Part shown: one piece after another, positions 11,072 through 21,367 of the stretch
Numbering within the stretch: the first letter of the stretch is position 1
Layout of the letters: every line of letters starts with the position of its first letter
NCBI GenBank assembly: GCA_043809585.1
Contig: JBDROZ010000072.1
Location: 1 to 64,000, forward strand
DNA from: Candidatus Eiseniibacteriota bacterium
Lineage (GTDB): Bacteria > Orphanbacterota > Orphanbacteria > Orphanbacterales > Orphanbacteraceae
DNA: 64,000 bases
Reading direction: 5' to 3'
Position numbers and translations under genes: made by a program
The notes under the pieces: generated by a model
Told to the model about the DNA's origin: nothing
Seen by the model: the letters and a program-made list of their open reading frames with translations, nothing else
Database searches by the model: none

Positions 11072-14000
11072 CGATCGTCCTCGTGCTCCGGTTCTCGTTC
11101 TTCAGATTCCGCCGCTCCCCGAACTGGAGCTCCAGGCTGCCCGACAGGTTCTGCAGCCACGTCCAGCTCACCCGGGGCCGCATGCTGAAGGAGCGTGTGT
11201 GCGCGTCGAGCCTGTACGGGCGCGTCTGCTCTTCCTTGCTCGTATCATAGCGGAAATCGAGAGAGAAGTTGGTGGTCGCCGTGAAAGACCCCCCCTTGGT
11301 CCCCTTGCCGAGAATCGGGATGTTCACGGTCTTCCGGGAGCTGGTCTTGTAGCTGAAGGAGGCGCCGATTCCGGAGGCGGTGGAGATCTTCTCCGAAGAG
11401 CCCCCCCGGAAGTTGCGGGAGACTTCCCGGGAGCGCTCGCTGGTCAGGCTGCTCCGAATGCCGTTTCCCCACTCCATGTCGATACTGAAGAGGGGATCCC
11501 AGCGGATCGACACGCGCTCCGATTCGATGTCCTTCAGGGTCTTGCCCGACTCCTCGGACCGCTTGTTGTATCCCACGTCGAGGGACGCGGACTTGAGCCA
11601 GTCCTTCAGCTTCCAGACCTCCTGCACCCCGTCCCACGTGTAGGAGAGGTCGGGCCACGTGGTGGTCCGGGTCTCCTTCGTGTTCCGGGACTGGTTCGAT
11701 CTCCGGAGCGACGTGTTGTACGACCAGCGGAGGCTCATGGAGGGGACGAGGCGGAACGACGAAGAGGCCCGGGCGGAAATGTCCCGGCCCGTATTCGCCG
11801 TCCGGGACTGACCGGGCGTCCTCTCCTGCAGGAGGGAATCGATATCTTCGCTCAGCCCGAACTGATACTTCAGGCCGGGCCGGCCGACCAGGCGATCGTA
11901 CCGCGAATCCCGGCCGAGGGAGAGGGACGCGGTCACGTCGCCGAACCGGCTGCCGAGGTCCCTCACGCCGTGAATCGCCGTCATGGGGCCGTACTTCGAG
12001 CCGCCGCCGCCGCTGTCGGATGGGGCGGGGGCGGACGGGGCGGGCAGGAGTTCGAAGATCTTCGCGACCCCCACTCCGAAGTCGAGGGACGTGCTGTTCT
12101 GATTCTGCACGTTGTGGATCGTCTGCACGGAAAGGGTGTCGCCCGTCTCCTGGTCGAACTCGATCTTCCTCTGCCCGACCGGCATGTTCTCGGTGTATTT
12201 CGTGTTGTAAGAGAGGCGAGGCTTGAACCACGCCAGGGCGGAGATGAACCGGGGAGAATAGGAGAGCTTCCCCTGGTGGCCGCGCTGCGTCTCGAACCCC
12301 CGGTTGACGGATGCGAGGAACGAGAGGGGCCTGCCGTAGAGATGGTCCCGGTTCGAATTGAAGCTGAAATCGGACGAGAAGGTCTCGCTCGTCACCGGCC
12401 GCATGGCGAACCCGAACGCGGAGTTCGACTTGCGCCCCTGCACCACCTTCCGCACGTCCGATCGGACGTCGAGGCTCCGGTTCTCCGAACGCTCCCGCGA
12501 AGCGGAGAGGGAGAAGCTCGACGGAAGGGGGTCCACCACCCAGCTCCGGAAGACTTTCAGGTCGCTCTTGAAGCGGGGCGCGTAGCCGTAGCTCCAATCG
12601 ACGTTGTAGCTCCAGGTGGAGTCGGCCTTCGTCGGGTTCACGTTGCTGTCCCGGCGGCCCCCGAGACGGAGGGCCATGGCGTCGAGGCTGTAGTAGATCC
12701 AAGGGCTCCGGGCTTTACGGTTCCGGCTGATCGACGTGGTGACGCTTTGCGTCTTCCGCTCCGCTTTCTCCTTTTCGGGATCGGTGAGCACGATGTCCGA
12801 CCCGGTCTGGAGCTCGGGCAGGCTCGTGCTCTTCGAGTAGGAGGCGTTGACCGGCATCCCGACCCCCACGACGTCGAGAAACTTCCCGAGCTTGACCGAC
12901 CCGGAGACGGAGAGTTCCGTCTCGTCGCTCCCGTGGCGCGGGTTCTCTTCCTCGTTCGCCCCGCCTCCCCCCCCGCCGCTGATGTGCCGGAACTCCTTTC
13001 CCATCTTCCGGTAGTCGGTGGATACCGTAAGGAAGTCGGAGAAACCCACGTCCATCCCGATACGGGCGGCGTAGCCCGCGTCCCCCTTTACGTTCAAGAG
13101 CCGGAGATCGTTGACCCAGACCGACCCCGTCAGCTCCTTGTCCGGGGAGCGGTTGGAGATGCCGAAGGTGAGCCTCCGGATCTTCGTCATGCTCGGCCGT
13201 CCGACGGCGCTGAAGACGTGGCTCTTCGGTCCCCTCGCCGTCGATGCCACGAGCGTGTCCCGGCGGACCTCGAGCTTCCTTCCGTAGAGGGAGAGGGTGT
13301 CCGGCTCCTGTATCTTGATCTGGGTCAGCTTCGCGAGGTCGAGCACGATCTTCTGCCACCCGGTCCCGACAGCGCTGTCGAGAGTGGTGGAGAACTCGTA
13401 GAAGTTGAGCGAGTCGCCGCCGAACCGGAAGAAGAAATCGGGGTACGGCTCGAAGTCCGCCTCCGGGCTCCGCCTCTTCACCCAAAACTCGATCTCCTCG
13501 TATCGGGTGTAGTCCTCGTCGTCGAAGAGGGCACGGAAGACGGTCCCCGTGTGGCCCGGGGCGATATTCTCGTAGGTCAGGACGAGGGACTGCTCCCTTT
13601 CCGACACCCCCCGCTCTTCGATGATCTCCACCGGCGGCGGGTCGTAGTCCTCGCCGTCCTTGTTGTTAATCACGCCGGCGGCGAAGATCTCCGTCGGATC
13701 CGCGAACGCCGTGTCGATCAGGGCCCCCGAAGAATCCTGAATCCCCGCCTCGAGCCAGCGGTTTCCGGTCACCTCCATCGAGTAGATCTGGAACCGGGCC
13801 CGGGTGGTGTCCAGGTCCGTGAAAAAGAACCGGACGTACTTGACGCCCTTGTCGAAGGTGGGCTGGCTCAGGATCTGACGCGCCTCCGCCTTGGCCAGGG
13901 GGATCCGGAAGAGCCTCCAGTTCTTGTTGGGGCCGTCCTGGTTTCCCGTGGCGGCGAGGAACTCGTCGCTCCCGAGATCGATGCTGAAGCGGAAGAACGC

Positions 14001-17000
14001 CTTTTCGTCGTCCACGTAGCCGTTGCCGTTCAGGTCCTCCGTATCGAGGAACCCGTTGTCCTCGGTCCCGTTGATCTTCGAGTAGTCGTCGGGGTTCTTG
14101 TCGTCATAGGCCCAGTCGTCCCCCGCCGGATCCCCCCCCTCTCCCGCCTCGGCGGCGTTGAAGAGCCGGTCGAGCCCCGTGTCCTCGTCGTTCGGCCCCT
14201 TCGTCCCCGTGTCGTCGAGCACGCCGTCGAGGTTCCGGTCCTCCGTGTCGAGCTGGCCGTTCGGCCCCTTGCCGCCCCACATGGCGTCCTCGCCGAGGAG
14301 TCCCATGTCGATGTTCAGCCGTCCCCGATTCAGGTCGAAATCGTTGATCCAGATCTCGAGGAACTTCCGCTCCTTCATGTCGAGCCCGGTCTTGGACAGG
14401 AGGCGCATGATGCCCCCCCACGCCCCTTCCGCGGTCCCTTCCACCGCGGTGCCGTCCCGGAGGTCCACCTCGAGAACGGGCACGAACTTGGTCCTCTCCT
14501 CCTGGGAGAGGTCCGGATTGAGGTCCCCCCGGGTCGTGGAGTTCTTCGGGTTGTACCAGAGGACCCGCTTGTAGCGGTCCTTCGCGCTGATCCCCAGCGA
14601 GACCGAGTCGGACGGGATGGACATGGGGTTCCACTGGCGGCGGGTGATTCCGAAACTCGAGGTCTCCTCGGTCCCCTCCATGTCGTCGACGTAAACCGCG
14701 TTCTTCGTGTTCGGATTGGGGAAGGTGACGGCCGACTCCAGATCGATCCGGAACCGCGACTTCTCCCTGGCCGTTACGCCGGGAATCATGTCGGTCAGGC
14801 GGGTCAGGAACTCCGGCTCCCGCTCGGTCGAGAGGGAAAGGCCCCCCACCACGATTCGCGAGGGCTCCTGGCCGAGCCGGGGGCGCCGGTAGGGCGTCTT
14901 CTTCCCCTTGTAGAGCCAGATGCTCGACATCTTCGTCCGGTCCGAGAGATTGTAGGTGCCCGCGACGCCGGCGAGGCTTTTCTGCGCCTGGGAGAGGAAG
15001 GGGGCGTATTCGAAGTCGACGCTGATCTTCGCGTCCGGCGCGAGGGCCTCGTCGCTCAGGAACTCGATCTGGCCGATCTCGTAGATGATCCGGTAGTCGA
15101 CTCCCCGGGTCAGGGTTCTCCCGTTCAGCTTCACCACCTCGCTCCCTTCGAGGATGTTCGAGCGGTTGAGCGAAAAGGAGGACTGGGAGGTGCGGTATTT
15201 CACCTCGATCTCGTACTTGGAGTCCGTCGGTTTCGGGTCGTGGTTGTCGTAGATCACCGCGTTCGTTTCGAGGAGGGAATCGGCCGGCTGACCGGCGAGC
15301 TGGTGGTTGTAGGCGGGGTCGAAGGGCCGGAGATCGGGGAAGTAGAGAAGCCCCGACTCGTAGTCGACCATGATCGTGGGCCGGAAGGGAAGGAAGGCGC
15401 CGTTCGGGACACCCTTCTTGTCATGGATCCGGTTCCCGTTCCCCCGGTACTCGATGTCGACCCGGTCATCGGGAGGCTCGCCGGGAATCGAGCCCTCCAG
15501 GTCGAGCCCCATCACCGTGAGGAGGAGCCTCCCCGCCTGGTTGTCGAACCGCTCCCCGGCGCCCGCCGCCTTGCGGAAGATCTTCAACTGAAAACCGTCC
15601 GGCTGGATCCCCCGGGCCCGGAGGTCGTAGACGTTTCGGAGCTGGTAGTACCAGGTGTCGCCGAACTGCGCGTCCGTCGGCTTGTAGAACTCCACGGGGG
15701 GCTTGATCAGCTTGAGCGTCGCCGCCACGCTCGAGTCGTACGAGGCCTCCTGGGGCACCCGGCCGACACCGCCGGTCGCGGTGCTGCACCAGACGGCGAG
15801 GGTCTGGTTTTCGGGGATGAACTTGTTCATGACGAGGATTCCGATCTCCCGGTTCACGAAGTAGTCGGTGGCCTCCTCCATCTCGTCGAACCACCCGCCC
15901 CGCTGCCCCGACTGGGGCGTGGCGAGGTTCGCGTCGGCGTTCACGTACGCCCGGGCCTGCACCTGGGAACCGTCGTTGTTCGTCACGTTGTCGTCGTCCA
16001 CGAAAACCCGGATGTCGATGATCGAATCGTAGTCGTTGACCACGAAGTAGCGGTTCTTCACGAAGTCCATGTCGTTGATGACGAGGGAGTCCTCCCGGCT
16101 GCTCCCCGTGTAGCTCTCCCGGTCCGTCCTCCCCTGCTGCTGGGAGAGGATCGCCGTGAAGTCGAGTTTACCCGCCTTGCCGATCGCCTTGACGCCGAAG
16201 AGCCCCTGCTGCTGGGCGCTGAAGCCGACGAATTGGTTTCCCGGAAGAGAGAGGTTCGTGTTCCCCACCTCGATCTTCTGGATCACCTCGTCCTCGAAAC
16301 CGTCGTATCGGAGCTTGATCCGGTTCTCGAGGGGAACCTGGGATTCCGAGTTGTGCTGGACTTCGACCTTCACCTTCTCGCCGATGGTGCCGGTCATGTT
16401 GATCTGGAGCTGCTGCCTCATGTCGAGCTCGGGGAATTTCCGCTGCCCGCCGCTCTCGTTGTCCCGCTGCTTGATGAAGTACTGGGTCTCCCCGGAGAAG
16501 GTGATCGACTCGCTGCCGGAGACCTGGATGTTCGCCCCCTGGCCGATAATGCGGGAAAGGGTCCGGGGAAACCGCACGGGCAGGTCGATGTTGAAGGCGC
16601 CGCCGGAGGTGCTGTCGCCCGTCAGGCGTTTGCCCCCCTTCTTCCCCCCGGCGAGGAGGTCCCGCTCGCCGAACCGCCTGAGGTGTTCCAGATAGACCCC
16701 GGTGCCGACGACCCAGGGATGGACGATGGGAATGCCGCGGTACTCCTGCTTCACGATCACGAGGGCCCGGTCCCGATCGATCCGGACCGTCGTGGCGCCC
16801 TGGGGACCGGCCCCCTTCAGCAGCGGTCCCCGCGCCTCCCGGTAGGGGGAGAAACCGAGACCGCCGAAGAACTCCGGATAGTTCCGATCAACGGGATTTC
16901 GGATGAGGGCGACGGGATTTCCCCGCTGCACGTCCGCCGGAAGGCCGAAGGCCGTCCCTGCAAACGCCGGGACCCCGAGGAGGATGGAAGACACCCCCAC

Positions 17001-17054
17001 GAGAAACCGGCGCACCCGTCTCGTTCGCCCGTGCAGAAGCATGTTCCGGTCCAT
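11040..17054 (-). CDS. sprA: SprA/Sov family outer-membrane protein (T9SS translocon); start uncertain
   Basis: About 2000 aa; QQLQINMTGTIGEKVKV, ENRIKLRYDG.EDEVIQKIEVGNTNLSLP, GVDYRIIY..G and DTEDLNGNG motifs; beta-strand-rich C-terminus ending in F. Confidence 0.88.
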   Translation of the reverse strand: MDRNMLLHGRTRRVRRFLVGVSSILLGVPAFAGTAFGLPADVQRGNPVALIRNPVDRNYPEFFGGLGFSPYREARGPLLKGAGPQGATTVRIDRDRALVIVKQEYRGIPIVHPWVVGTGVYLEHLRRFGERDLLAGGKKGGKRLTGDSTSGGAFNIDLPVRFPRTLSRIIGQGANIQVSGSESITFSGETQYFIKQRDNESGGQRKFPELDMRQQLQINMTGTIGEKVKVEVQHNSESQVPLENRIKLRYDGFEDEVIQKIEVGNTNLSLPGNQFVGFSAQQQGLFGVKAIGKAGKLDFTAILSQQQGRTDRESYTGSSREDSLVINDMDFVKNRYFVVNDYDSIIDIRVFVDDDNVTNNDGSQVQARAYVNADANLATPQSGQRGGWFDEMEEATDYFVNREIGILVMNKFIPENQTLAVWCSTATGGVGRVPQEASYDSSVAATLKLIKPPVEFYKPTDAQFGDTWYYQLRNVYDLRARGIQPDGFQLKIFRKAAGAGERFDNQAGRLLLTVMGLDLEGSIPGEPPDDRVDIEYRGNGNRIHDKKGVPNGAFLPFRPTIMVDYESGLLYFPDLRPFDPAYNHQLAGQPADSLLETNAVIYDNHDPKPTDSKYEIEVKYRTSQSSFSLNRSNILEGSEVVKLNGRTLTRGVDYRIIYEIGQIEFLSDEALAPDAKISVDFEYAPFLSQAQKSLAGVAGTYNLSDRTKMSSIWLYKGKKTPYRRPRLGQEPSRIVVGGLSLSTEREPEFLTRLTDMIPGVTAREKSRFRIDLESAVTFPNPNTKNAVYVDDMEGTEETSSFGITRRQWNPMSIPSDSVSLGISAKDRYKRVLWYNPKNSTTRGDLNPDLSQEERTKFVPVLEVDLRDGTAVEGTAEGAWGGIMRLLSKTGLDMKERKFLEIWINDFDLNRGRLNIDMGLLGEDAMWGGKGPNGQLDTEDRNLDGVLDDTGTKGPNDEDTGLDRLFNAAEAGEGGDPAGDDWAYDDKNPDDYSKINGTEDNGFLDTEDLNGNGYVDDEKAFFRFSIDLGSDEFLAATGNQDGPNKNWRLFRIPLAKAEARQILSQPTFDKGVKYVRFFFTDLDTTRARFQIYSMEVTGNRWLEAGIQDSSGALIDTAFADPTEIFAAGVINNKDGEDYDPPPVEIIEERGVSEREQSLVLTYENIAPGHTGTVFRALFDDEDYTRYEEIEFWVKRRSPEADFEPYPDFFFRFGGDSLNFYEFSTTLDSAVGTGWQKIVLDLAKLTQIKIQEPDTLSLYGRKLEVRRDTLVASTARGPKSHVFSAVGRPSMTKIRRLTFGISNRSPDKELTGSVWVNDLRLLNVKGDAGYAARIGMDVGFSDFLTVSTDYRKMGKEFRHISGGGGGGANEEENPRHGSDETELSVSGSVKLGKFLDVVGVGMPVNASYSKSTSLPELQTGSDIVLTDPEKEKAERKTQSVTTSISRNRKARSPWIYYSLDAMALRLGGRRDSNVNPTKADSTWSYNVDWSYGYAPRFKSDLKVFRSWVVDPLPSSFSLSASRERSENRSLDVRSDVRKVVQGRKSNSAFGFAMRPVTSETFSSDFSFNSNRDHLYGRPLSFLASVNRGFETQRGHQGKLSYSPRFISALAWFKPRLSYNTKYTENMPVGQRKIEFDQETGDTLSVQTIHNVQNQNSTSLDFGVGVAKIFELLPAPSAPAPSDSGGGGSKYGPMTAIHGVRDLGSRFGDVTASLSLGRDSRYDRLVGRPGLKYQFGLSEDIDSLLQERTPGQSRTANTGRDISARASSSFRLVPSMSLRWSYNTSLRRSNQSRNTKETRTTTWPDLSYTWDGVQEVWKLKDWLKSASLDVGYNKRSEESGKTLKDIESERVSIRWDPLFSIDMEWGNGIRSSLTSERSREVSRNFRGGSSEKISTASGIGASFSYKTSSRKTVNIPILGKGTKGGSFTATTNFSLDFRYDTSKEEQTRPYRLDAHTRSFSMRPRVSWTWLQNLSGSLELQFGERRNLKNENRSTRTIGASISALFKF

Positions 17055-17179
17055 GAACGCGAAGAGGTGGAAGCCCTTCACGGGGAGTTGGGGAAAGGTA
17101 CTTTCCGAACGAGCCGAACGCGGTCCCGGCTCGGGTGTGTCATCACAAAAGTCCCCCGAAGGGGCTTCAGTAGCTACCA

Positions 17180-17195
17180 CGCAATCCCCATGCCA
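17180..17195 (-). promoter_or_regulatory. Putative sigma54 (-24/-12) promoter for sprA
   Basis: Minus strand TGGCAT-GGGGA-TTGCG, exact GG-N10-GC spacing. Confidence 0.65.
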
Positions 17196-17430
17196 CAATT
17201 TTCGTAGGATCCGCCCTCATCACCTACGAAACCGGCGAGAAGCCCGATACACAACCATATGATATTGAACATGTTGCAGTTGCAGGTCCTTTCGTTCCCC
17301 CACCGCCCCCGATTCCCCGGTCCCCCCGCCGTCCCCTCCCGGCGACGGCCCGTCCCCTCCGGTGGACGCCGGGGGGAAAGGTGTTGTGCCCTAACCCCCG
17401 TTTCGATAAGGTGATGGCCCGGAGGAACCG

Positions 17431-18792
17431 ATGCGCCCGATTCTCAGTTTCTACGTTCTCCGCCGCCACCTCGGTCCCTTCATCTTCGCTATTCTGATCA
17501 TCACGTTTCTTTTTATCATGGATCTCCTGATCGACTACATCGATCTCTTCCTCGGCAAGGGGATTCCCCTCGGCGTGGTGATCGAAGTTTTCTTCCTCAG
17601 CCTCGGATGGATGGCGGCGCTCACGATCCCCATGAGCGTCCTCGTCGCGACGGTCATGGCCTTCGGCGGGCTCTCGGGCCGGAACGAGATCACGGCCATG
17701 AAGGCGGCCGGCGTGAGCATCTATCAGATCGTCACGCCCCCCCTCCTCCTCTCCCTGCTCCTGGCGTACGGGCTCATCGAGTTCAACAACCGGGTCCTCC
17801 CGGAGAGCAACCACCGTCTCGCCGGGCTCCTGGTCGACATCCACCGCAAGCGCCCCGCCCTCGCGATCAAGCAGGGGATGTTCAACGACGTTCAAGGCCA
17901 CACGATCCGGGTGGAGCGACTGAACGCCAAGACGTCCGAGATCGGCGGGGTGACGATCCAAAGAAAGGTGAAGGGCGAAGAGACGGAGACCATCGTCGCC
18001 AAGACGGGCCTCCTCGAGTTTTCCCGGGGGGGGGACGTGCTCACCCTCTACCTCCGGGACGGGGAGATCCACGGGGTGGGAGAAAAAAACGCGGACCGGT
18101 ATCACCGCATCTCTTTCGAGACCCACACGATCCGGATCACCGACATCGGGACCGACCTGGTGCGTTCGGAGAAGAACACCCGGGGGGACCGGGAGCTCTC
18201 GGCGGCGGACATGCGGGAGCGCGTCCACGGGTACCGCGAGGAGTTGGAGGAGATCCGGGCCGAACACCGCGACGCCGCCAAGAACCATCTGGACGCCCGG
18301 TTCGGCCTCCTCGGGTTCGAGGGCCCCCGAGCGCCGGAGGGGGCGGAGGAACCGGAGGGCGTCGCCCTCGCCAGGCGCAACTACGCCCGGGAGCTCCGGA
18401 ACACGGCGACCCGTCTCGGCGGCGTAGCGGGAAAGACGGAGGACCGGAAGAAGCAGATCCGCAAGTACATGGTGGAGATCCACAAGAAATACGCGCTGCC
18501 GGTCGCGTGCGTCGTGTTCGTTCTCGTCGGCGCCCCCCTCGGCGTCCGCGCCCACGGGGGGGGCCTCGGAATCGGCGTCGGCTTCAGCATCCTCTTCTTC
18601 GTCGTCTACTACATCTTCCTGATCGGCGGGGAGAAACTCGCCGACCGGGGCCACGTGCCCCCCGCCGCGGCCATGTGGGCCGCGAACGTCGTCATCGGCA
18701 TCGTCGGCGTCATCCTGGTCCTCCGTTCCACGAGGGAATCGGGGGCGCTCCGCCTCCCGAGACTCCTCTTCCCCCGAGGGAAGAAGAGGTGA
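17431..18792 (+). CDS. lptF: LPS export ABC permease, LptF/LptG family (LptF)
   Basis: TM helices; NEITAMKAAGVS and EIHKKYALP motifs; tandem with the next gene. Confidence 0.85.
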   Translation: MRPILSFYVLRRHLGPFIFAILIITFLFIMDLLIDYIDLFLGKGIPLGVVIEVFFLSLGWMAALTIPMSVLVATVMAFGGLSGRNEITAMKAAGVSIYQIVTPPLLLSLLLAYGLIEFNNRVLPESNHRLAGLLVDIHRKRPALAIKQGMFNDVQGHTIRVERLNAKTSEIGGVTIQRKVKGEETETIVAKTGLLEFSRGGDVLTLYLRDGEIHGVGEKNADRYHRISFETHTIRITDIGTDLVRSEKNTRGDRELSAADMRERVHGYREELEEIRAEHRDAAKNHLDARFGLLGFEGPRAPEGAEEPEGVALARRNYARELRNTATRLGGVAGKTEDRKKQIRKYMVEIHKKYALPVACVVFVLVGAPLGVRAHGGGLGIGVGFSILFFVVYYIFLIGGEKLADRGHVPPAAAMWAANVVIGIVGVILVLRSTRESGALRLPRLLFPRGKKR

Positions 18793-19874
18793 TCCGGCTG
18801 CTCGACCGCCACGTGATCCGGGGATACCTTTTCGCCCTCCTCGCGGCGCTCTCGGCGTTCATCGCCATCTTCGTCATCCTCGATCTCTTCGAGAAGCTGG
18901 ACGACTTTCTCGACCGGGGCGTGCCGATCCTCGCGGTGCTCCAGTACTACGTCTACCGGATCCCGGAAATCCTCCTGCTCATGCTCCCGGTGGGGATGCT
19001 TCTCGCCTGCCTCTTCGCCCTCGGCGCCCACGCGAGAAACAACGAGTTCGTCGCGACCACCTCCGCGGGCATCAGCATGAGGCGCACGCTCATGCCCGTC
19101 GTGATTCTCGCCTTCTTCATGAGCGCCGCCGCCCTTCTCCTCGGAGAGACGATCGCCCCCCCGGCCGCCGCCCGGGTGAAGGAGATCCACGACGGTCTGA
19201 TCAAACCGGGGGGAATGCGGGCGGACCGGGTGCGGACCAATCTCTCCTACCTCGGGGAGGGAGGCCGGCTCTTCTGGGTCGGCCGGCTCGATACGGCCCG
19301 GGACCGCATGGAGGACGTGGTGGTCCAGAAACTCGCGGGCAACACGTTGCTCGAACGGATAGACGCGGAGGAGGCGGATTGGGAGGCGGGCGTATGGACG
19401 TTCCGGAGGGGCTACTTCCGCCGCTTCGAGGAGGGCGTTCTCGCCGAAGCGCGGCGCTTCGAGGAGCGGGCCGAGCCGGCCATCTCCGAGACCCCCGGGG
19501 ATCTCGCCGAGGTTCAGAAGAACCCCCGGCAGATGAGCCATCGCGAGCTCTCGGCCTACATCGACCGGGCTTCGTCGAGCGGAGGCGAGGTCCAGCGGGA
19601 GCAGGTGGACCTCCACATGAAGGTCGCGTTCCCCTTCACCAGCTTCCTCATCGTCCTCCTCGGAAGTCCCCTTTCCGCCCTCCTCCGGCGGGGGGGAAAC
19701 GCGGTCGGCTTCACCCTCGCCCTCCTCATCTGCTTCGTCTACTACATGGCGATCCGGGTGGGGCAGTCGTTCGGGTACAACGGGGTTCTTCCCCCCCTCC
19801 TGGCGGCCTGGATCGCCAACCTGCTCTTCTTCGCCCTCGGCCTCTTCCTCTTCCGGAAACTGGCGAACAAATGA
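18789..19874 (+). CDS. lptG: LPS export ABC permease, LptF/LptG family (LptG)
   Basis: GTG start overlapping the lptF stop; LLDRHV, NNEFVA..SAGIS and PPLLAAWIAN motifs. Confidence 0.85.
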   Translation: MIRLLDRHVIRGYLFALLAALSAFIAIFVILDLFEKLDDFLDRGVPILAVLQYYVYRIPEILLLMLPVGMLLACLFALGAHARNNEFVATTSAGISMRRTLMPVVILAFFMSAAALLLGETIAPPAAARVKEIHDGLIKPGGMRADRVRTNLSYLGEGGRLFWVGRLDTARDRMEDVVVQKLAGNTLLERIDAEEADWEAGVWTFRRGYFRRFEEGVLAEARRFEERAEPAISETPGDLAEVQKNPRQMSHRELSAYIDRASSSGGEVQREQVDLHMKVAFPFTSFLIVLLGSPLSALLRRGGNAVGFTLALLICFVYYMAIRVGQSFGYNGVLPPLLAAWIANLLFFALGLFLFRKLANK

Positions 19875-19903
19875 AAAGGCCGCGCGCCCCACGGCGCCCG
19901 GCC
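19874..19903 (-). terminator. Probable intrinsic terminator downstream of ahcY, between convergent genes
   Basis: GC-rich imperfect hairpin followed by TTTT on the minus strand. Confidence 0.5.
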
Positions 19904-19931
19904 CCCGGTGATTCGGATGTTCCCCCGGCCC

Positions 19932-21203
19932 TCAGGTTCCGGACGCGTAGTCCGTCAGGTACTTCACCTGGTCCGGGGTAAGGGCGTCGACGGAGAGGCC
20001 CATCGTCTTCAACTTGAGCGCGGCGATTTCCTGGTCCTGCTCGACGGGCACGTCGTAGACCTTCTTCTCGAGACTCTCGTGATTCTCGGCCATGAACTTC
20101 ATCGCCATGAACTGGTTGGCGAAGCTCATGTCCATCACCTCCGAGGGATGTCCCTCGGCGGCGGCGAGATTCACCAGGCGGCCCTTCGCCAGAAGATAGA
20201 GGCGGCGGCCGTCCTTCATGACGTATTCGTCATTGTCCTTCCGGATCTCCCGATTCGACGCCGCGGCCATGTCGAGCTCGCCGATCTTGATTTCGCAGTC
20301 GTAGTGACCCGTATTGCAGATCACGGCCCCGTCCTTCATCACCTCGAAGTGGCGTCCCACGATCACGTCCTTCATGCCCGTGGCGGTGATGAAGATGTCC
20401 CCCCGCTTCGCCGCCTCGTCCATCGGCATCACCCGGAAGCCCTCGAGGGTCGCCTGGAGGGCCCGGATCGGGTTGATCTCGGTGACGATCACGTTGGCGC
20501 CGAGCCCCTTGGCGCGCATGGCACAGCCCCGGCCGCACTTGCCATAGCCGGCGACGACGAAGTTCTTCCCCGCGATGAGAATCGACGTGGCCCGGAGGAT
20601 TCCGTCGAGGGAGGACTGGCCGGTCCCGTACACGTTGTCGAAGTCCCACTTCGTCTCGGCGTCGTTCACGGCCATCACCGGATAGCCGAGAGCGCCGTCC
20701 GCCGCCATCGCTCGGAGGCGATGCACTCCGGTCGTGGTCTCCTCGGTTCCCCCCCAGATGCGGCCGAGGCGTTCCTTGTGCCGGTTGTGGAGAGAGAAGA
20801 TGAGATCGGCCCCGTCGTCGAGGGTGATGTTGGGATCGAGGTCGATGGTGCGGTCGATGCACCAGTAGAACTCCTCCACGTTCATTCCATGCCATGCGAA
20901 GATCTTCACCCCTTCATCGGCGAGGGCCGCCGCCACGTCGTCCTGGGTGGAGAGGGGATTGCAGCCGGACCAGGCGACGTCCGCGCCCGCCGCGATCAGC
21001 GTCCGGACGAGAACGGCCGTCTCCTTCGTCACGTGGAGGCATCCCGCGATCCGCGTCCCCTTCAGGGGCTTGGTCGCCGCCGAACGCCTGCGGAGTTCCA
21101 TGAGAACCGGCATCCGCGACTCGGCCCACTCGATCTTCTTCCGTCCCTTTTCGGCGAGGGCGAGGTCCTTCACCTTGTAACTCAAGCTCGTTTCTGCGGG
21201 CAT
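19932..21203 (-). CDS. ahcY: Adenosylhomocysteinase
   Basis: GCLHVTKET, CNPLSTQD, EETTTG and GRLVNLAAAEGHP motifs. Confidence 0.98.
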   Translation of the reverse strand: MPAETSLSYKVKDLALAEKGRKKIEWAESRMPVLMELRRRSAATKPLKGTRIAGCLHVTKETAVLVRTLIAAGADVAWSGCNPLSTQDDVAAALADEGVKIFAWHGMNVEEFYWCIDRTIDLDPNITLDDGADLIFSLHNRHKERLGRIWGGTEETTTGVHRLRAMAADGALGYPVMAVNDAETKWDFDNVYGTGQSSLDGILRATSILIAGKNFVVAGYGKCGRGCAMRAKGLGANVIVTEINPIRALQATLEGFRVMPMDEAAKRGDIFITATGMKDVIVGRHFEVMKDGAVICNTGHYDCEIKIGELDMAAASNREIRKDNDEYVMKDGRRLYLLAKGRLVNLAAAEGHPSEVMDMSFANQFMAMKFMAENHESLEKKVYDVPVEQDQEIAALKLKTMGLSVDALTPDQVKYLTDYASGT

Positions 21204-21259
21204 GTCCTGTCATCCTCCTCGAGAAAGGCGCTTTCCGCGCCGGAATGAAACGACGATCA

Positions 21260-21268
21260 AGTGTATCA
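21260..21268 (-). promoter_or_regulatory. Putative extended -10 element for ahcY
   Basis: Minus strand TG-A-TACACT about 57 nt upstream of the start. Confidence 0.35.
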
Positions 21269-21367
21269 CGGGAGGCCGGAAAGGCCGATCCCTATCCCCG
21301 AAATCTAATCCGATCCGACTCGATCAACAACCTCCGATTCCCTTGGCTTGTCCTGCTTGTCGGCTCC

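Noticed and set aside
10413-17207. 2264-aa + strand ORF and other long antisense ORFs (e.g. 7955-11050, 47128-49923, 59658-62351)
   Set aside because: Shadow frames of real minus-strand genes caused by high GC3; no recognisable motifs
21343-21360. sigma54-like TTGGC...TGC on the + strand
   Set aside because: GG-GC spacing is 8 nt, not 10, and no + strand gene follows
21204-21367. SAH or SAM riboswitch upstream of ahcY
   Set aside because: No recognisable consensus; only a short GGCGC-GGAAA-GCGCC hairpin. An Rfam search would be needed to exclude it formally
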